Origin: Desulfobacteraceae bacterium UBA5616
GTDB taxonomy: Bacteria > Desulfobacterota > Desulfobacteria > Desulfobacterales > UBA5616
NCBI GenBank assembly: GCA_002423615.1
Contig: DIKO01000063.1
Coordinates: 34,885-98,884 of the forward strand
Reading direction: 5' to 3'
DNA length: 64,000 bases
In this document: positions 9,746 through 18,785 of the stretch, piece after piece
How the letters are laid out: every line of letters starts with the position of its first letter
Numbering within the stretch: position 1 is the stretch's first letter
Notes under the pieces: generated by a model
Seen by the model: the letters and a program-made list of their open reading frames with translations, nothing else
What the model was told of the DNA's origin: nothing
The model's database searches: none
Translations under genes and position numbers: made by a program

Positions 9746-10141
9746 TTATCGTTTTGAGAACTGGAACCTGGCCCTCGCACCCCTCTGGCCGTATTTCTTT
9801 CTTTCCTTGATTCTTGGATCCCGTCGAACAAAACCCGCGCGCTTGAGCGGGGCCCTGAATTCAGCATCCAGGCCGATCAACGCCTTGGTAATGCCATGCC
9901 GAATGGCACTGGCCTGACCCGTGACGCCGCCCCCCACAACCCGTACAACAACGTCATATTGATCCAGAGTGTTGGTCATGACCATGGGTTCGATCAATAA
10001 TCTTTTGGCGGATGGCACGGTGAAATATTCATCCACCGGCTTATCGTTAACGGTGATGCTCCCTTTTCCCGGCTTCAGCCAAGTCTTTGCGATGGCGGTC
10101 TTCCGCTTGCCGGTGGCGTAAAAAACATTATTTTTTTCCAT
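9746..10141 (-). CDS. rpsI: 30S ribosomal protein S9
   Basis: 131 aa with the characteristic C-terminus ...RRDPRIKERKKYGQRGARARFQFSKR. Sits downstream of rplM as in most bacteria. Confidence 0.97.
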   Translation of the reverse strand: MEKNNVFYATGKRKTAIAKTWLKPGKGSITVNDKPVDEYFTVPSAKRLLIEPMVMTNTLDQYDVVVRVVGGGVTGQASAIRHGITKALIGLDAEFRAPLKRAGFVRRDPRIKERKKYGQRGARARFQFSKR

Positions 10142-10206
10142 AGGATTCCCCAGTATTGATGATACACTTCAACGATTCAATTCAAAATGTTCTTCTTGAT
10201 GTCCTT

Positions 10207-10641
10207 CTAAATATCCAGAGCTTCAGGATTCTGGGCCGCGTGGGGATGCTCCGTGCCGGCATAAACCTTGAGTTTCTGGATCAGCCTTTTCCCCAGCCTG
10301 TTTTTGGGAAGCATCCCTTTTACGGCGAAGCGGATCACATCTTCCGGCTTCTTTTTCATGAGATCACCCGCGGTGGTTGTGGTCAAACCGCCGGTATACC
10401 CGCTGTGCCGGTAATATTTTTTCTGCTCCAGTTTGTTTCCGGTAAGAACCACCTTATCGGCGTTGATAACGACGACGCAGTCGCCGACATCCGCATGGGG
10501 CGTAAAAAGGGGGTTGTTCTTTCCCCTGATGACCGAAGCCACCGAGGACGCCAGCCTTCCCAGGACCTTGCCTTCGGCATCAACGAGTCGCCATTTTCCC
10601 TGATTGTCGCTGTCTTTCGCACTATATGTATATTTTTTCAA
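10207..10641 (-). CDS. rplM: 50S ribosomal protein L13
   Basis: 144 aa. [48 protein letters not shown] matches the L13 signature region. Confidence 0.97.
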   Translation of the reverse strand: MKKYTYSAKDSDNQGKWRLVDAEGKVLGRLASSVASVIRGKNNPLFTPHADVGDCVVVINADKVVLTGNKLEQKKYYRHSGYTGGLTTTTAGDLMKKKPEDVIRFAVKGMLPKNRLGKRLIQKLKVYAGTEHPHAAQNPEALDI

Positions 10642-10675
10642 AACGATACACTCCCGTCTGTTTTAGAATTTGCCT

Positions 10676-10704
10676 TTATTAATGAAAAAAAGGCTCTGTG
10701 TCAA
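10676..10704 (-). promoter_or_regulatory. Candidate sigma70 promoter for rplM-rpsI
   Basis: Minus strand: TTGACA, 17 nt, TAATAA, about 35 nt upstream of the rplM ATG. Motif match only. Confidence 0.4.
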
Positions 10705-10833
10705 GGAAAAAAGATAAAAAGCCCCCTTGTCACATCTAGTTCGATACCGATTTTTCTCCCTCTACCCTGACATCTGATGTGCTGCCTTGTCAATACATTT
10801 TCGGATCGAGATTTGAATACTGAAAAACAAAAT

Positions 10834-13800
10834 TTATGTTTTGATCTCAAGCGCCTCGCGCCTCGACTCCAGCCAGTCATAAAGGGTCGGCAGGACTACA
10901 AGTGTCAAAATGGTTGACGTTACAAGTCCGCCCATGACCACGACCGCCAGGGGTTTTTGAATATCCGCGCCTGATCCCGTGGCATAGAGCATGGGAAGAT
11001 GACCGATAAAACTGGTGAGCGCCGTCATCAGGAGAGGCCTGAAACGTAATTCGCACCCCATATGAACGGTTTCGGCCACGCTTTTGCCGCTCTGACGGAG
11101 CTGTCTGAAAAAAGCCATCAGCACGACTCCGTTCTGAACCGCAATACCCAAGAGAACGATAAAGGACACGGCGGCCGATACGGACAAGGGCATGCCGAAC
11201 GCCCAGATGGCGAAAATACCCCCGACCAGGGCAAACGGCAGGTTTAATATAACCAGCAATGAATCCCGAAGGGAGCCAAGCGCCAGGTACAAAAGGAGCA
11301 GAATCAACATCAGGGCGATGGGAACAACAACAGAAAGCCGCCGCATGGCTCGCTGCTGGTTTTCAAACTGCCCCCCGTATTCCAGAAAATACCCGGGCGG
11401 CAATTCTTTTTCTATGCCGGATAGTGATTGCCGGGCTTCTGCGACAAAACTTCCAAGATCGCGGTCTCTGATATTGACCTCTGTGGCGACGCGGCGCATT
11501 CCCATTTCGCGGGTGATCTGGGCTGGTCCTTCAACCACTTTAATGTCCGAGATCCTTTTAAGCGGGAAGCGGGCGCCGCCAGCACCCGGAATCATAAGTT
11601 CCTTTATGGTTTCAATATTATTGCGAAAATTATCCGTGAACCTGACAACAACCGAAATTCGCATTTGTCCGTCAACCACCTGGGTGGCCTCGCGGCCGGC
11701 CAGGGCAGTTTCGACAACATCATTGACGTCCTCCACACTAATCCCGAACCGGGCCATCTCGTGCCGGTTATAGGCGATCTCAATCTGTTCCATCCCGGAC
11801 ACCTGTTCCACTTTAACATCTTCGGCCCCTTGGAGGGTGCTCAGTTTTCCGGCAATGCGGTCTGAAAATGCCTTGAGTTTTTCAAGATCCGGGCCGAATA
11901 CTTTTACCGCGAGATCGCTTTTGACGCCGGATATCAATTCGTTGACCCGCAGCGCAATGGGTTGTGAAAATGACAGGCGGATGCCGGGGATCGCTGAGAG
12001 TTCCCTGTTCATGTCCTCAATCAGTTGAACTTTGTTTCTTCCGGTTTTCCATTGCTTTACCGGATAGAGCATAATGAAAAGATCCGTCTGTTCAGGCCCC
12101 ATCGGGTCTTCCGAAATTTCAGCCCGGCCGGTTTTGCTCACCACGGTTTCGACTTCCGGAAAAATCGACAGCAACCGCTTTTCCATAAATGTCGCCACAT
12201 CCCTTGACCCGTCCAGCGACGCATTGGGTAGACGCACCACATTAACGGCTATGGCGCCTTCATCCAAATACGGGATAAATTCGGTTCCGATCCGGGGAAT
12301 TAAAAAAAGGGCGACGACGACGGCAAGTAATGACACCCCCAGCGTCAGCCATATTTTCTTCCTGGCCTTACCAAGAAACCGGAGATACCCACTGTGGAAT
12401 CTTTGTATAAATTTAAACTGCTTTTCTTTTTCCTGTTTCAGCGTCATTTCGGAAAACACAGGTACAATGGTCAATGCCACCACCAGGGAAACCAGAATGG
12501 CAAAGATCATGGTCAAGGTCAGGGGGAGAAACATTTTCCCTTCAATCCCCTGAAGGGTAAACAGCGGTACAAGCACAATCACGATGATCAAAATGGAAAA
12601 TGAAACCGGCCGCGCTACTTCGCTGACAGCTTCCACAACAACCTGCCGACGCAGTTGGGGGTCAACGCGTTCGGCAAGATGCCGCCGGATGTTTTCCACA
12701 ATGACGATGGAAGCATCCACCACCATGCCGACGGAAAACGCAAGCCCTCCGAGACTCATGAGATTTGAACTGATACCGGCCCAACCCATGACCATAAACG
12801 TGGCCAGGAATGTGATCGGCAGGGACGCAACGACGATCAGCGCCGTCCGCAGTTCTGCAAGGAAGAGAAACAGCACCAGAATGACAAAAATCCCGCCCTC
12901 CATCAGGGCGTTCATAACGGTTTTGATGCATGCCTGGATCAGGGCCGTCCGGTCATAGAACACATTGATTCGGGCGCCTTTCGGCAGGCTGTTTTCGATT
13001 TGCGGAATCGCAGCCTTCACCCTGGAGACAACATCCTTTGAATTTTCACCCCGGAGCATGATGACCATGCCCGCGACGGATTCTCCCTTTCCGTCCCGGG
13101 TCACTGCGCCCTGCCGAGACTGAGGTCCTGCCTTCACATGGGCGACATCCTGAACATGAACCGGCACCCCGTCATATGCCTTGATCACGGTATTTGAAAT
13201 ATCGCCGACGGTAGACAGCAGACCGATCCCTCTGATGTAGGTCTGCTCTGAACCCCGGACGATAAATCCGCCCGCTGCATTGGCATTATTTTTCTCTATT
13301 GCCTCCACCACATCCCGAAGCGTCAGACCATATTTGATCAGTGCGTCCGGATTGACCAGAACCTGATACTGGCGGACAAATCCACCGAAGCTGTTGACTT
13401 CGTTTACCCCCTTGATAGGCTTGAGCTGGGGGGTTATCAAAAAATCCTGAATGGCCCGAAGCTCCATGGGAGACAACGTGTCGCTTTCCACCGTGTACTG
13501 AAAAATCTCACCCAATCCCGTGCTGGTGGGGCCGAGCTTCGGCGATACATTGGACGGAAGATCGGGCAGGGCCAATTGCACCCGCTCAAACACCTGCTGC
13601 CGGGCGAAATAAATGTCCGCATCGTCTTCAAAAACCACCACCACCTGGGAAAGTCCTGCTTTGGACAGAGAGCGAACCGAAATAACGCCGGGAACGCCCC
13701 CCATCTGTTGCTCAAGGGGAAAGGTTACCTGCTGTTCGATGTCAGCGGGCGACAGCCCGTCAGCTTCAGAGAGAACCATTACCTGAACATTGGTTACATC

Positions 13801-13917
13801 CGGAAATGCGTCAATGGGAAGCCGCGTCCACACAAGAACGCCGCCCAATACAATCAAAAAGGTCAGAGACAGCACAAAAAACCGGAACCGGAGGATAATC
13901 TCAGCCATCTTTTTCAT
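10834..13917 (-). CDS. Heavy-metal efflux RND inner-membrane pump (CusA/CzcA family)
   Basis: 1027 aa with 12-TM RND architecture. The TM4 motif LGGLAFSVGMVVDASIVIVEN looks closer to Cus-type than to the Czc DFG..DGA..VEN motif (from memory). It is the last gene of an OMF-MFP-RND operon. Confidence 0.93.
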   Translation of the reverse strand: MKKMAEIILRFRFFVLSLTFLIVLGGVLVWTRLPIDAFPDVTNVQVMVLSEADGLSPADIEQQVTFPLEQQMGGVPGVISVRSLSKAGLSQVVVVFEDDADIYFARQQVFERVQLALPDLPSNVSPKLGPTSTGLGEIFQYTVESDTLSPMELRAIQDFLITPQLKPIKGVNEVNSFGGFVRQYQVLVNPDALIKYGLTLRDVVEAIEKNNANAAGGFIVRGSEQTYIRGIGLLSTVGDISNTVIKAYDGVPVHVQDVAHVKAGPQSRQGAVTRDGKGESVAGMVIMLRGENSKDVVSRVKAAIPQIENSLPKGARINVFYDRTALIQACIKTVMNALMEGGIFVILVLFLFLAELRTALIVVASLPITFLATFMVMGWAGISSNLMSLGGLAFSVGMVVDASIVIVENIRRHLAERVDPQLRRQVVVEAVSEVARPVSFSILIIVIVLVPLFTLQGIEGKMFLPLTLTMIFAILVSLVVALTIVPVFSEMTLKQEKEKQFKFIQRFHSGYLRFLGKARKKIWLTLGVSLLAVVVALFLIPRIGTEFIPYLDEGAIAVNVVRLPNASLDGSRDVATFMEKRLLSIFPEVETVVSKTGRAEISEDPMGPEQTDLFIMLYPVKQWKTGRNKVQLIEDMNRELSAIPGIRLSFSQPIALRVNELISGVKSDLAVKVFGPDLEKLKAFSDRIAGKLSTLQGAEDVKVEQVSGMEQIEIAYNRHEMARFGISVEDVNDVVETALAGREATQVVDGQMRISVVVRFTDNFRNNIETIKELMIPGAGGARFPLKRISDIKVVEGPAQITREMGMRRVATEVNIRDRDLGSFVAEARQSLSGIEKELPPGYFLEYGGQFENQQRAMRRLSVVVPIALMLILLLLYLALGSLRDSLLVILNLPFALVGGIFAIWAFGMPLSVSAAVSFIVLLGIAVQNGVVLMAFFRQLRQSGKSVAETVHMGCELRFRPLLMTALTSFIGHLPMLYATGSGADIQKPLAVVVMGGLVTSTILTLVVLPTLYDWLESRREALEIKT

Positions 13918-13925
13918 GCTTTCTC

Positions 13926-15317
13926 CTATTCTGCGCAGCCGGCACCCATTTTCGACCTGAGAACGTCTGATTTTAAAAGAAATGAGCCGTCGGCAATAAT
14001 CGTCTGATCCTTATCAAGCCCCTGTCGGATCTCAGTATAGCCGTCAAAGGACACGCCGGTGATCACCGGACGTCTGATCCAGTAGCCCTCTTCCTTGTGG
14101 ACAAACACAAAGGACCGTCCCTGATCGGAAAGAACCGCGGCATCCGGAACAGCCGGAACAACATCATCGGCCCGGGCCATCACGACCACATTGACGAACA
14201 TGCCCGGCCGCAGGAGCTTGTCCGGATTTGCCACACTGATACGCGCCTGTATGGTCCTTGTGGATTCATCCATTTTCCCCGACACGGCCTCAAGGATTCC
14301 CGGATATGTTTTTCCGTCTGCACCCGGCGCCGTCACTTGACAGGGGATCCCGCCGGCATGGAGTGGCAGCAGCACCGAATCCGTTTCCTTGATGTCCGCC
14401 CTGATCCACACCGATGAAAGGTCTGAGACAAGCATGATCTCCCTACCCGCCTCCACCTGGTCCCCCGGGCTTGCAAAGCGCTCCAGAACCATGCCGTCAA
14501 TGATTGCATATACCGGCAGAATGCCGTTTATACCGGCGATTTCTGTGCCGAGAGAGTTGATCTCTTTTTGGGGAATCCCCATTCGTTCCAGCCTGGAGCG
14601 GGCACCGGCCAGTTCAATTTCAGCCTCAATCTGCCTGTTTTTTGCTTCTATTACTTCCACTTCAGCAGAGACCTTCTTTTTGAACAGCTTGGCTTCGCGC
14701 TCTGCAGTTTTCACTGCAAGGGACAGGGCTGCGGCTTTTTTCAGATAATCGGCCTTTGCTTCAGCAGCTTCCGTGCCGTCAAGCTCAAATAACACATCCC
14801 CTTTTGACACCTGACTCCCGATGTCCGCCATTATCTTCCGGATAATTCCTGAAACGGCACTTGAGACGCGAATGGAGGCCAGATCATTGGTAACGACTTC
14901 CCCGGTCAGGGATAAAGGCCGGCCCATACGACGATCAACAGGCTTTGCAGTTGAAACAAGGCCGACTTGTCCCTGTTTGGTAAAAATTGCGTCGGCCAAT
15001 TTGACGACTCCCAGCTCATACCGACACTCGTCGCATGTGTAATGCAACACATCATGCTCGCAGGTTGCCGACCAGATTTCGTCTATGCTCCGGTCAAGGT
15101 CAGATACTTCCTGATCAGCAACATCATGGGAACACTCATCATGGGCGTCGATCTTCTCCTGTTCATCATGGGCATGACCTTTTTTCACCATTTTTCCAAC
15201 CGATTCCAATTCCGTATTTTTCATGGAAGAATCAGCCTGTTGATTCCATACAAGGAATCCGCCTCCCATTATTAGGATGCATCCCATTATCGTTATAACA
15301 ACTTTTCCGGTTCTCAT
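13926..15317 (-). CDS. RND efflux periplasmic adaptor (membrane fusion protein, CusB/CzcB-like) with Cys/His-rich N-terminal extension
   Basis: N-terminal TM anchor, then a His/Cys/acidic segment (GHAHDEQEKIDAHDECSHD...TCEHDVLHYTCDECRYE). This is followed by lipoyl/barrel-sandwich and coiled-coil hairpin regions typical of HlyD/MFP proteins. AGGAG RBS. Confidence 0.9.
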   Translation of the reverse strand: MRTGKVVITIMGCILIMGGGFLVWNQQADSSMKNTELESVGKMVKKGHAHDEQEKIDAHDECSHDVADQEVSDLDRSIDEIWSATCEHDVLHYTCDECRYELGVVKLADAIFTKQGQVGLVSTAKPVDRRMGRPLSLTGEVVTNDLASIRVSSAVSGIIRKIMADIGSQVSKGDVLFELDGTEAAEAKADYLKKAAALSLAVKTAEREAKLFKKKVSAEVEVIEAKNRQIEAEIELAGARSRLERMGIPQKEINSLGTEIAGINGILPVYAIIDGMVLERFASPGDQVEAGREIMLVSDLSSVWIRADIKETDSVLLPLHAGGIPCQVTAPGADGKTYPGILEAVSGKMDESTRTIQARISVANPDKLLRPGMFVNVVVMARADDVVPAVPDAAVLSDQGRSFVFVHKEEGYWIRRPVITGVSFDGYTEIRQGLDKDQTIIADGSFLLKSDVLRSKMGAGCAE

Positions 15318-15333
15318 TTAAAGTTCTCCTCTC

Positions 15334-16722
15334 TTATTTGTTGTCAGCCAGGCTTTGCCCGGTCAATCGCTCGATGTCGGCTTTTGATTTATGATAATCG
15401 CCAATCGCTGAGATATATTGGTGTTTAACTTCAAAAAAGGCCCGTTGGGTTTCAAGGACCCCAAGATAGCCGATCTTTCCCTCCCGGTATCCTTCAAGTG
15501 CTGCTGAAAAGGCAGTTTGGGCCGCAGGAATGGCGATTTCCAGGAGTGAGATTGTGGTTAAGTATGAGGAGGAAAAATCCTGATAGGCCTGATCCAGGTC
15601 CTTCTGCGTTTTCAGTATGGCGGCTTTCCGGCTTTCCCGGATCTGGGCGAAATTGGACCTCGCTTCCATCGTTCCTCCCTGGTTCCGGTTAAACAGAGGA
15701 AGGGGAATTGATGCGGTCATGACAAACGCCACATCGTCGGATTCGTTGTAATAGCGGGGACCCGCGCCCACCGTCAGATCCGGAATTCTTTCCGCGGCAG
15801 CCAGACCGATCAACCTCCGGTGTTTCTCCATTTCCGTATCCCATCCGGCCAGATCCGGGTTTTTGGATAAATTCGCCTCAAGACTCTCAAGAGGCGGCGG
15901 CGGAGCAAGGATCCTGATATCGGCAATGACTCTTTCAAATATCGGTTTCGGACTTCCCCATGTTGCGGCGAGTTTTTTCCGCGCGGTTTCAAGCTCCCGC
16001 TTTGCCTGCTCATATTCGATCCGGATTTTCGTCACCGTTACTTTGGATTGTAATTCCTCCAGGGGTGGTGCTTTCCCTGCCTTGACGCGCTCAGCCACCA
16101 GGTTGTAGGCATCGTCCGTCACCGCCATGATTTCAGCGGCGATAGCGGATTTTTCCTGGGCTGCTATCACCTCCCAGAAAGCTTTGGATATGTCGGCGTA
16201 CACATCCAGTCGTTTGCTCTCATAATCCCATTGGGTAATATTTTTTTCCAAAGCGGCAACTTGCCTTCTTTTACCGCGTTTTCCGCCAAGTTCGATCATC
16301 TGGTGGATTTGAATGGTAGTTTCTGCGCTGTTAAATCCGTTATGGCCATCGTTACCGCCGAAATTTTCAATAGATGTTTCTATTTCAGGGTTGGGGAACA
16401 ATCCTTTCTGGACGAGCCTGGCTTCCGCCGCACGCACCTCCCAGGAAAATGAAGCCAGTTCGGGATTCTGAAAAAGGCCCAGAAAAAGTGCTTGTTCCAG
16501 GGTAATAACGCCGGCCGGGTTGGAATCAGTCGGCTTATCGGGAACCGTGCCGGAATCTCCCGCAACCGGGACGGCATTCTCCGGATTGAATGTCGGATAT
16601 TGATCGCCCAGGGGTCTTTTTGGCGGTCCCGACATATCCGGAGACTGGAAGGAAAACCCGATCCCTGAGCAGGCCCATGACATGAGGATGAAAAGGATAG
16701 ATATGCATATGCGTTTAACCAT
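15334..16722 (-). CDS. TolC-family outer-membrane efflux protein (CzcC/CusC-like)
   Basis: Two OEP repeats with long coiled coils. Preferred start is ATG at 16722 (MVKRICISILFILMSWAC..., GGGAGAG RBS) rather than the GTG at 16758 in the ORF track. Confidence 0.88.
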   Translation of the reverse strand: MVKRICISILFILMSWACSGIGFSFQSPDMSGPPKRPLGDQYPTFNPENAVPVAGDSGTVPDKPTDSNPAGVITLEQALFLGLFQNPELASFSWEVRAAEARLVQKGLFPNPEIETSIENFGGNDGHNGFNSAETTIQIHQMIELGGKRGKRRQVAALEKNITQWDYESKRLDVYADISKAFWEVIAAQEKSAIAAEIMAVTDDAYNLVAERVKAGKAPPLEELQSKVTVTKIRIEYEQAKRELETARKKLAATWGSPKPIFERVIADIRILAPPPPLESLEANLSKNPDLAGWDTEMEKHRRLIGLAAAERIPDLTVGAGPRYYNESDDVAFVMTASIPLPLFNRNQGGTMEARSNFAQIRESRKAAILKTQKDLDQAYQDFSSSYLTTISLLEIAIPAAQTAFSAALEGYREGKIGYLGVLETQRAFFEVKHQYISAIGDYHKSKADIERLTGQSLADNK

Positions 16723-16874
16723 AATACTCTCCCGGCAGTTGAGTGGATTGAGATTCACCGCATTATCGCAAAGGCCTGGGATGTCGGCGAAAACAAGTGC
16801 CGAATCATGCCCGATGAGCGTGAAGCGATGTGTGGTTTAAAAAATGATTTTTAATCGGGTAAAAAGAGAGGGGT

Positions 16875-17291
16875 TCAGATCAGAAGAACAATTGTACCGA
16901 GGGATTCATGGGTGATGCTTTTCACATGGAGAGTATCGACAAAAGTGAACAAGGCATCCCGGTATGACGGGATCAGGAATTGGGGCGTATCGAATTGAAG
17001 GCATGTCTGAAGTTTGGGTTGGATACCGTTGTTCAGAAGTGTTGCAGGTTCTTCAGCCTTTTTTGAAATCGGGATGTCCACACAGAAGCACGGATCTTTT
17101 TCTTGTGAATAACGGCCGGATTTGGTACAGGAAAAACATTCATCTGATGACTTTAACTCTATGGAGAAATGATCCGAGGCTCCGAGGCAAAGGATGATGT
17201 CGCCGGCATGGCTGACCGGCATGAATAAAAAAAACAGATGCAGGGCCACGATGCTGTAGAATATTTTTTTATGTCGGATAAGCGATTTCAT
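16875..17291 (-). CDS. Hypothetical small secreted Cys-rich protein at the head of the metal-efflux operon
   Basis: 138 aa with a signal peptide (IFYSIVALHLFFLFMPVSHA). The mature part contains LCLGASDHFSIE...DECFSC...DPCFC. No family recognised. Same strand as and 150 nt upstream of the OMF gene. Confidence 0.6.
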   Translation of the reverse strand: MKSLIRHKKIFYSIVALHLFFLFMPVSHAGDIILCLGASDHFSIELKSSDECFSCTKSGRYSQEKDPCFCVDIPISKKAEEPATLLNNGIQPKLQTCLQFDTPQFLIPSYRDALFTFVDTLHVKSITHESLGTIVLLI

Positions 17292-17374
17292 GAGTTATAT
17301 TTTTTAACAAATATAATTGATGAATCTTCATTGTCAAGAAAAATTGATGGAAAGGTGCTGATGGTGAGGCCCCG

Positions 17375-17992
17375 ATGAATTCGAATTCAGAGGAAGTCGA
17401 AGTTAAATTTTTTTTGGAAGAAGAGGGCGCGGCCAAAGAAGCCGTTTTTCAAGCGGGAGGGGTTTCATTGGGTCGATTTTTCGAATTAAATATTCGATAT
17501 GATGATAAAAACGAATCCATCGGACGGCAAAAATGCCTGCTCAGACTCAGAAAAGACCGGAAAACCCGGCTGACCTATAAGTCCCCCCCCGACATCGACG
17601 ATTCCCGGTTTAAAATCTTGAGGGAAATGGAAATTGAAGTAAACGATTTCGAAACCACCCGGCACATCCTCAACGCCCTGGGATTTTTTGAGGTGCAACG
17701 ATATGAAAAATTCCGGGAAACCTTTACCATCGGTAAAACGCAGATTCTCATGGATGCCATGCCCTATGGCGATTTTCTGGAAATCGAAGGTGAAAAAGCG
17801 GACATCCTGGATATAGCCGGAAAAATCGGCATGAAATGGGAAGACCGGATTCTCGCCAACTATCTTGAAATATTTGAAGGCCTGAAAAACAGGCTGAATT
17901 TTTCCTTCAATAACGTCACCTTCAACAATTTTAACACGGTTTCGGGGGACTTTTCGGCCATTATCCGAACCTTTCAAGCGGGGGGGCCATAG
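17375..17992 (+). CDS. CYTH-domain protein (class IV adenylate cyclase / triphosphate tunnel metalloenzyme family)
   Basis: N-terminal EVEVKFFL (the ExExK motif of CYTH), LRLRKD...RLTYKSP, and a later acidic cluster (YGDFLEIEGE). Confidence 0.8.
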   Translation: MNSNSEEVEVKFFLEEEGAAKEAVFQAGGVSLGRFFELNIRYDDKNESIGRQKCLLRLRKDRKTRLTYKSPPDIDDSRFKILREMEIEVNDFETTRHILNALGFFEVQRYEKFRETFTIGKTQILMDAMPYGDFLEIEGEKADILDIAGKIGMKWEDRILANYLEIFEGLKNRLNFSFNNVTFNNFNTVSGDFSAIIRTFQAGGP

Positions 17993-18003
17993 AAGAATCC
18001 GCC

Positions 18004-18783
18004 ATGTTTCGTGTGTTCACACTGAATTTACGGTTCGGTCTGGCAAAGGACGGGGCCAACAGCTGGCCCTTCAGGAAATACGCCTACCCTTCGCTGTTGA
18101 ACAGGTTCCCCTCGGATTTTTTTTGTTTCCAGGAAGCCAATGACTTTCAGATCGATTATATCAAGGGCCTTTTAAAAAGTCACCGCGTTATCGGCCGGCG
18201 AAACCCCGCCCCGGCATTCTGGCAAAACAATGTCATTTTTTATCATTCAAAATGGGAATGTTTTCACTGGGAGCATTTTTTCCTGAGCCCCACGCCGGAC
18301 ATCCCCAGCCGTTATCCTGAAAGCCGCTGGCCGCGCCAGTGCACCATCGGCGTTTTCAGAAACAACCGGCGCGAGCTGATCTGCGTCAACACCCATTTTG
18401 ATTTTGAATCCGGTGTCCAGCAGAAAAGTGCGGAATTGATTCTCTGCCGCATCGCCCGGTTTGACCCTGTTCTGCCCACAGTGATCCTCGGAGATTTTAA
18501 CGCAGACCCGTCCGGCGCGTGTTACAAAAGCTTCACCCGGCCGACCCATGGCCTATTCCCGGTGAAGGCCGGATTTAAAAATGCCTTTACCCCTCCCTTC
18601 CCGGGAACCCATCATGGATTTACGGGAAGTTCCGACGGTGATCATATCGACTGGATTCTTTACCGTGGAGGATTAACCCGAAAAAGCGCCGATGTCATAC
18701 CAGGCCTTTTCAATGGAATTTATCCGTCGGATCATTTTCCCCTGATTGCGGAGTTCATGCTGGAAGACGAATCCGGGAAATGA
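18004..18783 (+). CDS. Endonuclease/exonuclease/phosphatase (EEP) family protein
   Basis: FRVFTLNLRFG... N-terminus, FCFQEAN, NTHFDF, GDFNADP and the terminal SDHFPL motifs typical of the EEP fold. Starts 11 nt after the CYTH gene. Confidence 0.8.
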   Translation: MFRVFTLNLRFGLAKDGANSWPFRKYAYPSLLNRFPSDFFCFQEANDFQIDYIKGLLKSHRVIGRRNPAPAFWQNNVIFYHSKWECFHWEHFFLSPTPDIPSRYPESRWPRQCTIGVFRNNRRELICVNTHFDFESGVQQKSAELILCRIARFDPVLPTVILGDFNADPSGACYKSFTRPTHGLFPVKAGFKNAFTPPFPGTHHGFTGSSDGDHIDWILYRGGLTRKSADVIPGLFNGIYPSDHFPLIAEFMLEDESGK

Positions 18784-18785
18784 CT

